Shown here one piece after another: positions 1 to 8,271 of a DNA stretch of 64,000 nucleotides; position 1 is the stretch's first letter; the number at the start of each line of letters is the position of its first letter. The DNA comes from Pelagibacteraceae bacterium AG-422-B15. GTDB taxonomy: Bacteria; Pseudomonadota; Alphaproteobacteria; Pelagibacterales; AG-422-B15. A model generated the notes under the pieces. That model ran no database searches and was not told where the DNA came from. It saw only the letters and a list, made by a program, of their open reading frames with translations. The DNA is taken from the NCBI GenBank assembly GCA_003213715.1, contig QCMN01000001.1:57956-121955 (forward strand), given 5' to 3'. A program made the translations under genes and the position numbers.

Positions 1-133
1 ATCGTCCAACTTTAAGGTGTGCTCTACGACAGAGTCTCTTATTTTTTTTAAATTAGGATTCATTATTAATTTACCCAATATGGGTTTTTTTTATTTAAAT
101 ATCAATAAACATTTACCTATTGAATAATCATCA

Positions 134-1474
134 ATGCTGCGCATAATTCTTAACATGGTAAAAAGCTTAGAAAAAATCGCAAAACAAAAGAAAATCAAAT
201 ACTTTCTTGTCACATTTGTTGATCTTTTTGGAGTGCAAAGGGCAAAACTCGTGCCAACTCGAGCTATTGGAGAAATGCAAAAAACAGGTGCAGGCTTTGG
301 TGGGTTTGCAACACACTTAGATCTATCTTTTTCTGAACCTGATATGTTTGCATTACCTGACCCAGACAGCCTCATTCAACTACCCTGGCAGCCTGACGTT
401 GGCTGGTTGGCAAGTGATCTGGTCATGAATAATCAATTCATGGACCAATGTCCTCGTGTGATTTTAAAAAACCAAATTAATAATCTAGATAAGTTGAACC
501 TTAAAATGATGACCGGGGTAGAATGTGAGTTTTTTATTTTAAACGAAGATGGCACTGAAGTCGCTGACAATCGTGATGATGCTCTAAAACCTTGCTATGA
601 TGTTGCTGCTTTAATGAGACGCTTTGATGTATTGAGTGAGATTTGTGACTCTATGATTAAATTGGGCTGGAATCCCTATCAAAATGACCACGAGGATGCA
701 AACGGTCAGTTTGAAATGAATTGGGACTATACAGATTGTCTCACAACTGCAGATCGTCACGTATTCTTTAAGTTTATGGTAAAATCAATTGCTGAAAAGC
801 ATGGATTGAGAGCAACATTTATGCCTAAACCATTTACTCAACTAACCGGAAATGGTTGTCATGCACATGTATCTGTATGGGATAAAAAAAAGAAAAAAAA
901 CTTATTTCACGATACTTCTGACCAACTAGGTCTATCAAAGATGGGCTATCAATTCATTGGCGGTATTATGAAATCAGTAGACTCTTTTACTGCATGGCTG
1001 AATCCGTGTCTAAACAGTTATGAACGATTAAATGCAAAAACAACAAACTCCGGGTCAACTTATTCTCCAACTGCTGTGACGTACTCAGGAAATAATCGTA
1101 CACATATGATACGAATTCCAGATGAAGGACGATTTGAGTTTAGGGCTGCAGATGGCGCTGTTAACCCTTACCTGCTTCAATCAGGAATTATAGCAATGGG
1201 TCTGGATGGAATAAAAAACAAACGCAGCCCTGGGAAACGACTGAATATAAATATGTATACACAGGGTCACAAACTAAAAAGGGTGAAAAAACTACCTAAC
1301 AACCTAGAGCAAGCTATTAAAAAATTTAGCAATGACGCAGTTGTTAAGAAGTCAATTGGCGCAAAAGTTGTCTCGAAGTATGTAAAATTGAAGAAGCATG
1401 AGTTAAAAGAATTTAGTCAAATACGTGAAGCAAACAAAGCGAGCTGGATGCGTAAAAATATAATTGATTGTTAA
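134..1474 (+). CDS. Glutamine synthetase-family amide ligase (GlnA/PuuA/GmaS-like gamma-glutamyl-amine synthetase); substrate not assignable
   Basis: 446-aa ORF with GS-type motifs: N-terminal beta-grasp FVDLFGVQRAKLVP, GVECEFFIL, NGCHAHVSVW, RIP..RFEFRAADGAVNPYL. The start may instead be the internal Met at 155. Confidence 0.8.
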   Translation: MLRIILNMVKSLEKIAKQKKIKYFLVTFVDLFGVQRAKLVPTRAIGEMQKTGAGFGGFATHLDLSFSEPDMFALPDPDSLIQLPWQPDVGWLASDLVMNNQFMDQCPRVILKNQINNLDKLNLKMMTGVECEFFILNEDGTEVADNRDDALKPCYDVAALMRRFDVLSEICDSMIKLGWNPYQNDHEDANGQFEMNWDYTDCLTTADRHVFFKFMVKSIAEKHGLRATFMPKPFTQLTGNGCHAHVSVWDKKKKKNLFHDTSDQLGLSKMGYQFIGGIMKSVDSFTAWLNPCLNSYERLNAKTTNSGSTYSPTAVTYSGNNRTHMIRIPDEGRFEFRAADGAVNPYLLQSGIIAMGLDGIKNKRSPGKRLNINMYTQGHKLKRVKKLPNNLEQAIKKFSNDAVVKKSIGAKVVSKYVKLKKHELKEFSQIREANKASWMRKNIIDC

Positions 1475-1476
1475 AA

Positions 1477-2076
1477 TTATTTTGTGCCTAAAACAGTAGC
1501 TACCAAGTGTATTCTATCTTCTTCTCCACCATTAATAGCAGTGTGATATTTAGTGTTATCAGTTAAATAAATATTTCCATCAGCAGGAATGTGATGGCCT
1601 GTATGTTCAATGAACATTCGAGCCCCGTAATTGGTTTTGATTGCAATATGAAGTCTTTTTTCAGGATCTCTATGCCAGCTTAAAGTGGTGCGTGGCGGCA
1701 TTTTAATAACACGACATCTGCCTATTTCAAAAAACTCATTTATTTTTTCATATACATACTTGAAGTAAGTATTGTTTAATTTTGGGTTAAAGAGCGTGTA
1801 TCTTGTTTCATCAATGTATGGCTCCCTCTCCATTTCTTCAAATGAAGAATCTGGTTTTGTCCAATATTTACCTCTAATATTGCCTCCAAACCATTCATCA
1901 AGCTCTTTTTCATCATAGTTAAGGCAAATAGCATTTGATTTAAGCATGCCTGGTTTTTGTTCAGAATTTTCAAAAGGTCTTATTTTAATTAATTCACTTA
2001 CAGCTTCATTTAATTTATCAACATCAAATGAGATGTTCTCAAGCCTTTCAATATATTGGTTAATCGGTGTGTACAT
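1477..2076 (-). CDS. Aspartyl/asparaginyl beta-hydroxylase-like cupin (putative Fe(II)/2-oxoglutarate oxygenase)
   Basis: 199-aa ORF. C-terminal pattern SWHRDPEKRLHIAIKTN ... HTAINGGEEDRIHLV resembles the H-x-D...H cupin core of the AspH-like family. The assignment is from memory of the motif only. Confidence 0.5.
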   Translation of the reverse strand: MYTPINQYIERLENISFDVDKLNEAVSELIKIRPFENSEQKPGMLKSNAICLNYDEKELDEWFGGNIRGKYWTKPDSSFEEMEREPYIDETRYTLFNPKLNNTYFKYVYEKINEFFEIGRCRVIKMPPRTTLSWHRDPEKRLHIAIKTNYGARMFIEHTGHHIPADGNIYLTDNTKYHTAINGGEEDRIHLVATVLGTK

Positions 2077-2269
2077 TTTTTTTTGTTAGTATCCAAATTT
2101 AATATAGTATTTTCTATGATAATTAAAAGATCTACAGAGAATGAACCATGCTTAAATTGTCGCAGTTTTCTAAACAAAACAGAGGAAATTAGGTAAAAAT
2201 TGCAATTTATTTGTTTGCATTGGACCCTTGGTAAGAGATAAGTAAAAGTTATGACTCAAAAGCTACTTT

Positions 2270-3241
2270 ATGAATTATAGAATCGATAATCTTCAATATT
2301 GTAATTGGAATGAAGATGTATTTAAAATTAACAGGCAAGCAAAATTAGATGCCGTTCATGTCACAATTGCATATCATGAAGATTATGATGAAGTTCAAAA
2401 AAATATTGATGAATGGGACACTAATTTTGAGAAATTCAATAAACTAATTTTTCACGGTAAGTCGTATAAAGATATTGAAAAAGCTAATGAAGAAAATAAG
2501 ACTGCTATTTTTTTTGGTTTTCAAAACTGTTCACCTATAGAGGATGATATAAATTTGGTTGAAGCTGTTCACAAAATGGGAACAGTATTTATGCAATTAA
2601 CTTACAATAATCAGTCTTTATTAGCTACAGGGTGCTACGAAGAAAATGACAGTGGCGTTACTAGAATGGGAAAAGAAGTTATTAAAGAAATGAATCGTGT
2701 TGGAATCATAGTTGACATGTCACACTCAGCAGAAAAATCTACTTTGGATGCAATTGAAATTTCTGATAAGCCAATTGCCATAACACATGCTAACCCTTCT
2801 TTCTGGCATGAGGCAAAAAGAAATAAATCTGAAACATTACTCAGGGAATTGAGTCAATCAAATGGAATGATTGGACTCTCACTTTACCCCCATCATCTGT
2901 CAAACGGTACAAATTGTACTCTTGAGAGCTTTTGTGAAATGGTTGCCCAAACAGCAGACATTATGGGCACAGAACACATTGGTATTGGATCTGATTTATG
3001 CTTAAACCAACCTGACTCAGTGGTAGATTGGATGCGAAACGGAACTTGGACTAAGACAAAAGATTATGGTGAAGGCTCAAAAGATAATGCAGCTTTTCCA
3101 AAACAGCCGGAATGGTTCAAAAATGCTACTGGCTTTGACAATATTGAGCATGGATTAAAAAGTGTGGGGTTTAATAAAGATGAGACAAATGGCATCTTAG
3201 GCAATAATTGGTTTAATTTTTATAAAAATTATATTGGTTAA
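2270..3241 (+). CDS. Peptidase M19 (membrane/renal dipeptidase)-like amidohydrolase-fold protein, divergent
   Basis: 323-aa ORF with M19-like blocks VDMSHSAEKS, AITHANPSF, IGIGSDLCLN and LTYNNQS. The N-terminal H-x-D and bridging Glu positions appear substituted (see findings). Confidence 0.7.
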   Translation: MNYRIDNLQYCNWNEDVFKINRQAKLDAVHVTIAYHEDYDEVQKNIDEWDTNFEKFNKLIFHGKSYKDIEKANEENKTAIFFGFQNCSPIEDDINLVEAVHKMGTVFMQLTYNNQSLLATGCYEENDSGVTRMGKEVIKEMNRVGIIVDMSHSAEKSTLDAIEISDKPIAITHANPSFWHEAKRNKSETLLRELSQSNGMIGLSLYPHHLSNGTNCTLESFCEMVAQTADIMGTEHIGIGSDLCLNQPDSVVDWMRNGTWTKTKDYGEGSKDNAAFPKQPEWFKNATGFDNIEHGLKSVGFNKDETNGILGNNWFNFYKNYIG

Positions 3242-3244
3242 CAT

Positions 3245-4900
3245 ATGAGAAAAAAAGTTCAGCACAGAGATCCAAACCAAATCATGAAGCTCAGTCGATT
3301 AGGTTGTTTCCATCAATCCAAGCTATCATTTTTAAGAAGTTTCATAAGAGAATTTAAAGATTGGGAATTTAAAAATGAACTTTTTGAACTTAATGAAGAG
3401 GGTTATGGAACTGCTGTTTATTCTGTTTCAAAAAATGACAGAACATATTCTCTTGTTTGTTTTGCAAATACATTGGATGACTCTGAAAGGTCTGATCGGG
3501 TAATAGCCACAAAGTGGGATGCAGCATTTGTAATTCATGATGGACTTCCTAATAATGATGACATTCAAAGACTTCGTAAAAATGTTCCAAAGCAAGAAGT
3601 GGGCAGATGTTCATTTAGGGAACTTGCTTTATCAAGAGCAAATCGATCTGTCAGGGTGTTTGACCATGTAATTGATAGTCTATCAAATGGAACGCAGCCT
3701 GATAAAAAACTTCTTACTGAAGTTGGCTACCTTTATAGAACTACTGCCGTTTATGGGTCAGGTAAGTTTGGTTTAGCAGATCGATATAGAATTAAAGACC
3801 GTCCTGAAATAAACGGTCCATTTAGAATTGAAATGATGCTTGTTTATTTGGTTCGTCAGTTTACGTTTGATCAAGTTAATCACATTGCTCATAAAAAAAA
3901 TCCCAATAAATCTGTTAAACTAGACCTTGAATTGTCCAGGCAGCTTGGTATTGGCAATTCAACTGGGCTTGGAATGGCTCCCTTTATTATTAATCATCCT
4001 GCTCTTCTTCATCAATGGATTTATGTGAGAGAGGAAGCTTTAAAGCAAATTAGAGAAATTAAAAATGTATCAAACAATGATATTGAAATGTTTAAAAAAT
4101 TTTTAGAACTTTCAAAGAAAAATATTAAAAATTGGAATACAAAAAGCAAATATCAAAATATAAAAATTACTCAATTAAAAGCAGATATTAAAAAATTTGA
4201 GGAGAACTATCTCTGTAATATAACTTTTGATAAAGAATATTTTTGGGATCAAATGTATAAGTGGGTTGAGAAGAATTTAACTCATGAGGGCGTAGAGTAC
4301 ATAGTTTCTCTCATGATGGAACCATACGATAACATTATTAATTTACTAGTTCCACAAATGAGTTCTGATGAAGATCAATATTTTGATATACCTACAAATA
4401 GAAGCACAGATCAATTAAAATCATTAATTGAAAAATCTTACCCAGATATAATTAGAATGGACTTCTCAATTGATAAAAGTAACGAAAATTTTTGGTATAT
4501 TTCAAAAAATAAGGAAGAGCCTCGACTGGCACGTCGCCTTTATGAGCCGGGATCGGAATTAGAGCAACCTCTAGCGATTGCGAGAGATATTAAAGAACTT
4601 CATGCAAGATTATCATCTTATAAAAATGAAGAATTATCTAAATTTTTAGAGGAAAATAGCGACCTAAGACATGTTATAAGAAGGTGCTACATTGTCGAAA
4701 AGTTGCCTTACGCAGAAATTCAAGACAACTCCATTGGTTCAGAGTTGATGCCTATTGATATGCTAAGACTAAAACTATCTTTTTTTGGAGCCCAAAAATT
4801 CGATCCTCGATCGGACAAGTGGCTGAGAATTTGCATGTATCAGGGAGCACCATTGATGCACGAAATAAACAACTCAAATGACACATGGATTTACAATTAA
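3245..4900 (+). CDS. Hypothetical protein (551 aa), no family recognised
   Basis: Long uninterrupted ORF starting 3 nt after the M19-like stop. It overlaps the next ORF by 16 nt. Amino-acid composition is non-repetitive. I found no diagnostic motif. Confidence 0.6.
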   Translation: MRKKVQHRDPNQIMKLSRLGCFHQSKLSFLRSFIREFKDWEFKNELFELNEEGYGTAVYSVSKNDRTYSLVCFANTLDDSERSDRVIATKWDAAFVIHDGLPNNDDIQRLRKNVPKQEVGRCSFRELALSRANRSVRVFDHVIDSLSNGTQPDKKLLTEVGYLYRTTAVYGSGKFGLADRYRIKDRPEINGPFRIEMMLVYLVRQFTFDQVNHIAHKKNPNKSVKLDLELSRQLGIGNSTGLGMAPFIINHPALLHQWIYVREEALKQIREIKNVSNNDIEMFKKFLELSKKNIKNWNTKSKYQNIKITQLKADIKKFEENYLCNITFDKEYFWDQMYKWVEKNLTHEGVEYIVSLMMEPYDNIINLLVPQMSSDEDQYFDIPTNRSTDQLKSLIEKSYPDIIRMDFSIDKSNENFWYISKNKEEPRLARRLYEPGSELEQPLAIARDIKELHARLSSYKNEELSKFLEENSDLRHVIRRCYIVEKLPYAEIQDNSIGSELMPIDMLRLKLSFFGAQKFDPRSDKWLRICMYQGAPLMHEINNSNDTWIYN

Positions 4901-5514
4901 TGCAATCATCAAGTGAAATTAATACCATATCAAAGAGAGCTGCGAGAGCGGTTGGTTATTCATGGGGAGTAGCAGAGGAAGTTGGTAAATGCATAAGTGC
5001 AATAGAGATGTTTGGAATTTCTGGAGTAGAAAATTTAAATAATTATTTTAAAACCATCAAAGGCATTGAACCAGAAGGTCCAAAGCAAATTGAAAAAACT
5101 AATAAATTGAATGGTAAAAGTCTCTGCCCTATCTATACAGGATTAAAATTGATTGATAACTACAAATCTGTAGATGGAATAAAAGCATTAAAATTTATAA
5201 ACCTGGATTATCCATTGTTACTTTTACCTTTTGTAAATAAACTTTCATATTTAATTGGTAAGAGAATTGAAATTTCTATTGATGATATCAATGCAGAATG
5301 CAATCTAAACACATGTGTACTTGCTGATCATCAAATCAAATCTTTAATTATTAAAAAAGCTAATACAGTGAAAATTAATATTTTAGAAAATGAAGATAGT
5401 TTTTCCTGCAAAACTTGGAATGAGCTGTATGAAATATCAACTGAGACCTTTGTTGAGGAAACAGAACAATCAAAACAAACTGGAGCTGGGGCCGGTCTTC
5501 GAGATAACGATTAA
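4885..5514 (+). CDS. Hypothetical protein, DUF3726-like
   Basis: 209-aa ORF. The N-terminal segment ISKRAARAVGYSWGVAEEVGKCISAIEMFGISG resembles what I recall of DUF3726 proteins. It overlaps the upstream ORF, suggesting translational coupling. Confidence 0.45.
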   Translation: MDLQLMQSSSEINTISKRAARAVGYSWGVAEEVGKCISAIEMFGISGVENLNNYFKTIKGIEPEGPKQIEKTNKLNGKSLCPIYTGLKLIDNYKSVDGIKALKFINLDYPLLLLPFVNKLSYLIGKRIEISIDDINAECNLNTCVLADHQIKSLIIKKANTVKINILENEDSFSCKTWNELYEISTETFVEETEQSKQTGAGAGLRDND

Positions 5515-5517
5515 TAT

Positions 5518-6951
5518 TTAAAGTTGTATTCCTACGTTCTTCAACTGCAGGTAGCTTTTAATTGCTTGTTGGCCTTTCTCACGACTGTAACCTGATTGTT
5601 TATAACCTCCAAATGGAGTGGCAATACTTCCTGTGAACCAACTATTCACATAAACTTGACCACCATTTAAACGTGAAGCTGTTTTTGTAGCCATGTCAAC
5701 ATCTCTAGTAAACACACCGGCCGCTAAACCATAATCTGTGTCATTTGCAATATGGATTGCTTCTTCATGATCTTCATAATCTAAAACAGATAAGAATGGT
5801 CCAAAAATTTCTTCCTGTGCAATTGTCATATCGGGCTTAACATCTGAATAAATTGTGGGTTCAAAGAAGAAACCTTTTCTATCTACTCTGTTGCCACCTG
5901 AGACTGCTTTAGCGCCAGCTTGTAAACCTGAACGCGCATAATTTTCTACTTTTTGTAGCTGTTCCTCAGATATAACAGGCGTTAGGTCAACACCTTCTTG
6001 GTCACCAGGGCCTACTTTTATCGAAGCTGCTAACTTTGATAATTTCTCGAGCACTTCATCCTTAATAGATTTATGGACTATCATTCTCGACATTGCAGAG
6101 CAAATTTGTCCAGCTTGGCTAAAAATTCCAACCTTGGTTGCATTAACAACTTTATCAATATCTGCATCTGGTAAAACAACAGCAGCAGATTTTCCTCCCA
6201 ACTCAACAACAGCGGGTACAGCTCTTTCAGCAGCTGCGTGTAGAATTGCTTTTCCAGTTTTTACAGATCCAGTAAAAGTTATTTGTGCAACGTCCGGATG
6301 AGCAGTTAGCGCAGCTCCAGCTTCGCTTCCATAACCCGTGACTATGTTTATTAAGCCTTTTGGAACTTCAGCATTATGAATTGCTTCGGCAAAATAAGAA
6401 GTGGTTGCTAAAGGTGTTAATTCTGCAGGTTTTATGACTGTAGAATTTCCTGCTGCAAACGAACATGCCAAAGAACGAGCGATCATTGCAATGGGAAAGT
6501 TCCAAGGAACAATATGTCCTGACACACCGTAAGGTTCATAAACTGTATAATCCATAACCTGACTGTTTACAGGAATAGTCTGGCCTTCGATTTTATCTGT
6601 TAAGCCACTGTAGTAATCAAAGTAGTTTGCTGCATCAACAAATTCATATTCAGAAGCGGCAAGTAGTTTCCCATTTTCTGCACAAAGTAATGCCCCACCT
6701 TCTTTACTGACCTTGCGAAGCTCTTCAGCAATGCGTCGCATAAGTTTTGCTCGTTCCATCGGATTCATATCTACAAGAATTCGCGACTCGTATGCTTTTT
6801 TAGCAGACTCTACCGCTTGATTAATATCTTCATCTTTTGCGCAAGTTACTTCACCAATGACCTCTTCATTCGCAGGATTAATAACTGGAATAAGGTCTTT
6901 GCTTGAGGCGTCGGTCCATTCACCGTTGATATAGTGCTGGTATTTTTTCAT
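5518..6951 (-). CDS. NAD(P)+-dependent aldehyde dehydrogenase
   Basis: 477 aa with FTGSVKTGK, VELGGKSA, catalytic Cys context AGQICSAMSR and EEIFGPF. Confidence 0.9.
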   Translation of the reverse strand: MKKYQHYINGEWTDASSKDLIPVINPANEEVIGEVTCAKDEDINQAVESAKKAYESRILVDMNPMERAKLMRRIAEELRKVSKEGGALLCAENGKLLAASEYEFVDAANYFDYYSGLTDKIEGQTIPVNSQVMDYTVYEPYGVSGHIVPWNFPIAMIARSLACSFAAGNSTVIKPAELTPLATTSYFAEAIHNAEVPKGLINIVTGYGSEAGAALTAHPDVAQITFTGSVKTGKAILHAAAERAVPAVVELGGKSAAVVLPDADIDKVVNATKVGIFSQAGQICSAMSRMIVHKSIKDEVLEKLSKLAASIKVGPGDQEGVDLTPVISEEQLQKVENYARSGLQAGAKAVSGGNRVDRKGFFFEPTIYSDVKPDMTIAQEEIFGPFLSVLDYEDHEEAIHIANDTDYGLAAGVFTRDVDMATKTASRLNGGQVYVNSWFTGSIATPFGGYKQSGYSREKGQQAIKSYLQLKNVGIQL

Positions 6952-7061
6952 AAGTTAGAGTCTTTCTTGTTAAATACTGATCTATTTTTGTAATAAGGTC
7001 AGCTTTAATTTAGTTCAAAAATTCCTAGATTCCCAACTATTTTTACCTTAGTCTTACCGAC

Positions 7062-8150
7062 ATGAATTCAAAAAAGTCTGATTTTGTTAAATTTGAACAA
7101 GTCGATAAAAGTTATGATGGAAAAGAGCTAGTAGTTAAAGGACTCGACTTAGATATTGCAGAAGGTGAATTTCTTACCTTACTTGGGCCATCTGGATCTG
7201 GCAAAACAACAACTCTGATGATGCTTGCTGGTTTTGAAACTCCAACGAATGGAGAGATATATTTTGATGGACGTCCGATAAACAATATCCCACCTCACAA
7301 ACGTGGCATCGGTATGGTCTTTCAAAATTATGCTTTGTTTCCGCATTTATCAGTTTATGAAAATTTAGCTTTTCCTCTTAAAGTAAGAAAAGTGGACAAA
7401 TCAGAAATTGAAGAGAGAATTAATAAAACTTTGAAAATGGTTTCATTAACAGGTTTTGAAAACAGGATGCCCGCTCAACTATCTGGAGGACAGCAACAGA
7501 GAGTTGCTGTTGCTCGCGCGCTGGTGTTTGATCCTAAACTTGTATTAATGGATGAACCTCTTGGAGCTCTTGATAAAAATTTACGAGAGAGTATGCAATA
7601 TGAATTAAAGCACATTCACGAGTCATTAGGAGTGACTGTTGTTTATGTTACACATGATCAGGGTGAAGCTCTGACCATGTCAAACCGAATTGCTGTTTTT
7701 AATGACGGTAAGGTTCAACAGCTTTCTGGACCAAATGAATTATATGAAACACCAGTGAATTCGTTTGTTGCAAGCTTTATTGGAGAAAATAATACTTTCA
7801 CTGGAACTGTAAAAGAAATCGCCTCTGGTTCAGCAAAGATTGAAACTGACTCTGGTGAAACTATTGTTGCCAATCCTATTGCTGTGAGCTCTTCAGGAGA
7901 AAAATCCAGAATTTCTCTGAGACCTGAGCGAGTGAGTATTGACCCAAATGAACAACTTGAAAATAAATTCACAAGTGAGATCCGCGAAATTATCTATCAT
8001 GGAGATCATACTAGGGTGCGTGTAAATCTTCTTGGTAATGATGACTTTATTTTAAAAGTTCCAAACGCGAGCAGCGATTTAAAGCTTAACGTAGGCGACA
8101 AATTGGACCTTGGGTGGTCATCTCATGATTGCAGGGCTCTAGATTACTAA
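7062..8150 (+). CDS. ABC transporter ATP-binding protein, PotA/PotG-like (polyamine/opine-type importer)
   Basis: Walker A GPSGSGKTT, signature LSGGQQQRVAVARAL, Walker B LVLMDEPLGALD, and a C-terminal TOBE-like regulatory domain. Confidence 0.9.
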   Translation: MNSKKSDFVKFEQVDKSYDGKELVVKGLDLDIAEGEFLTLLGPSGSGKTTTLMMLAGFETPTNGEIYFDGRPINNIPPHKRGIGMVFQNYALFPHLSVYENLAFPLKVRKVDKSEIEERINKTLKMVSLTGFENRMPAQLSGGQQQRVAVARALVFDPKLVLMDEPLGALDKNLRESMQYELKHIHESLGVTVVYVTHDQGEALTMSNRIAVFNDGKVQQLSGPNELYETPVNSFVASFIGENNTFTGTVKEIASGSAKIETDSGETIVANPIAVSSSGEKSRISLRPERVSIDPNEQLENKFTSEIREIIYHGDHTRVRVNLLGNDDFILKVPNASSDLKLNVGDKLDLGWSSHDCRALDY

Positions 8151-8271
8151 TCCTTTGATACTACATGTAGATTCAACATTAATTTATTGAAAAATAATCT
8201 TTTTTTTTGTTGCGTTTTTGCTCAAGGCCTTGTGTAATATTTCTTTATATAAAAAAAGGAGACGATTAATC

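Noticed and set aside
1-90. Possible 3' fragment of a tRNA or other structured RNA at the window edge. The segment GTCGTAGAGCAC on the reverse strand resembles a D-arm.
   Set aside because: I could not fold a consistent anticodon stem or T-arm by hand. It is more likely the tail of an upstream gene or intergenic DNA.
91-375. 94-aa minus-strand ORF overlapping the start of the GS-like gene.
   Set aside because: It lies antisense to a CDS with strong family motifs. It has no recognisable features and a low-complexity composition. It is a typical shadow ORF.
2200-2219. Two TTGCA elements 15 nt apart (TTGCAATTTATTTGTTTGCA) upstream of the M19-like gene, considered as a sigma-54 -24/-12 promoter.
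   Set aside because: It lacks the GG of the -24 TGGCAC element, and the spacing is wrong for sigma-54. It may still be a regulator site, but I cannot support that.
3245-5514. The 551-aa and 209-aa ORFs could be one gene split by a frameshift (16-nt overlap at 4885-4900).
   Set aside because: The downstream ORF has its own ATG and an N-terminus resembling stand-alone DUF3726 proteins of about 200 aa. Overlapping coupled genes are the norm in this window. This should still be checked by alignment.
7715-7972. 85-aa antisense ORF inside the ABC ATPase gene. Similar short antisense or alternative-frame ORFs occur across the track, e.g. 8475-8663, 10132-10344, 11039-11278, 12431-12703, 15542-15799, 29391-29884, 36690-36962, 40375-40884, 51664-51951, 52092-52433, 57586-57993 and 60007-60817.
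   Set aside because: All are nested in or antisense to CDSs with strong homology signatures. Their translations are low-complexity or biased, as expected of shadow frames.
8218-8271. Track start (8218) for the solute-binding protein, giving an 18-aa N-terminal extension.
   Set aside because: The ATG at 8272 has a good AAGGAGA ribosome-binding site and is followed immediately by a canonical signal peptide. The extension would bury that signal peptide.
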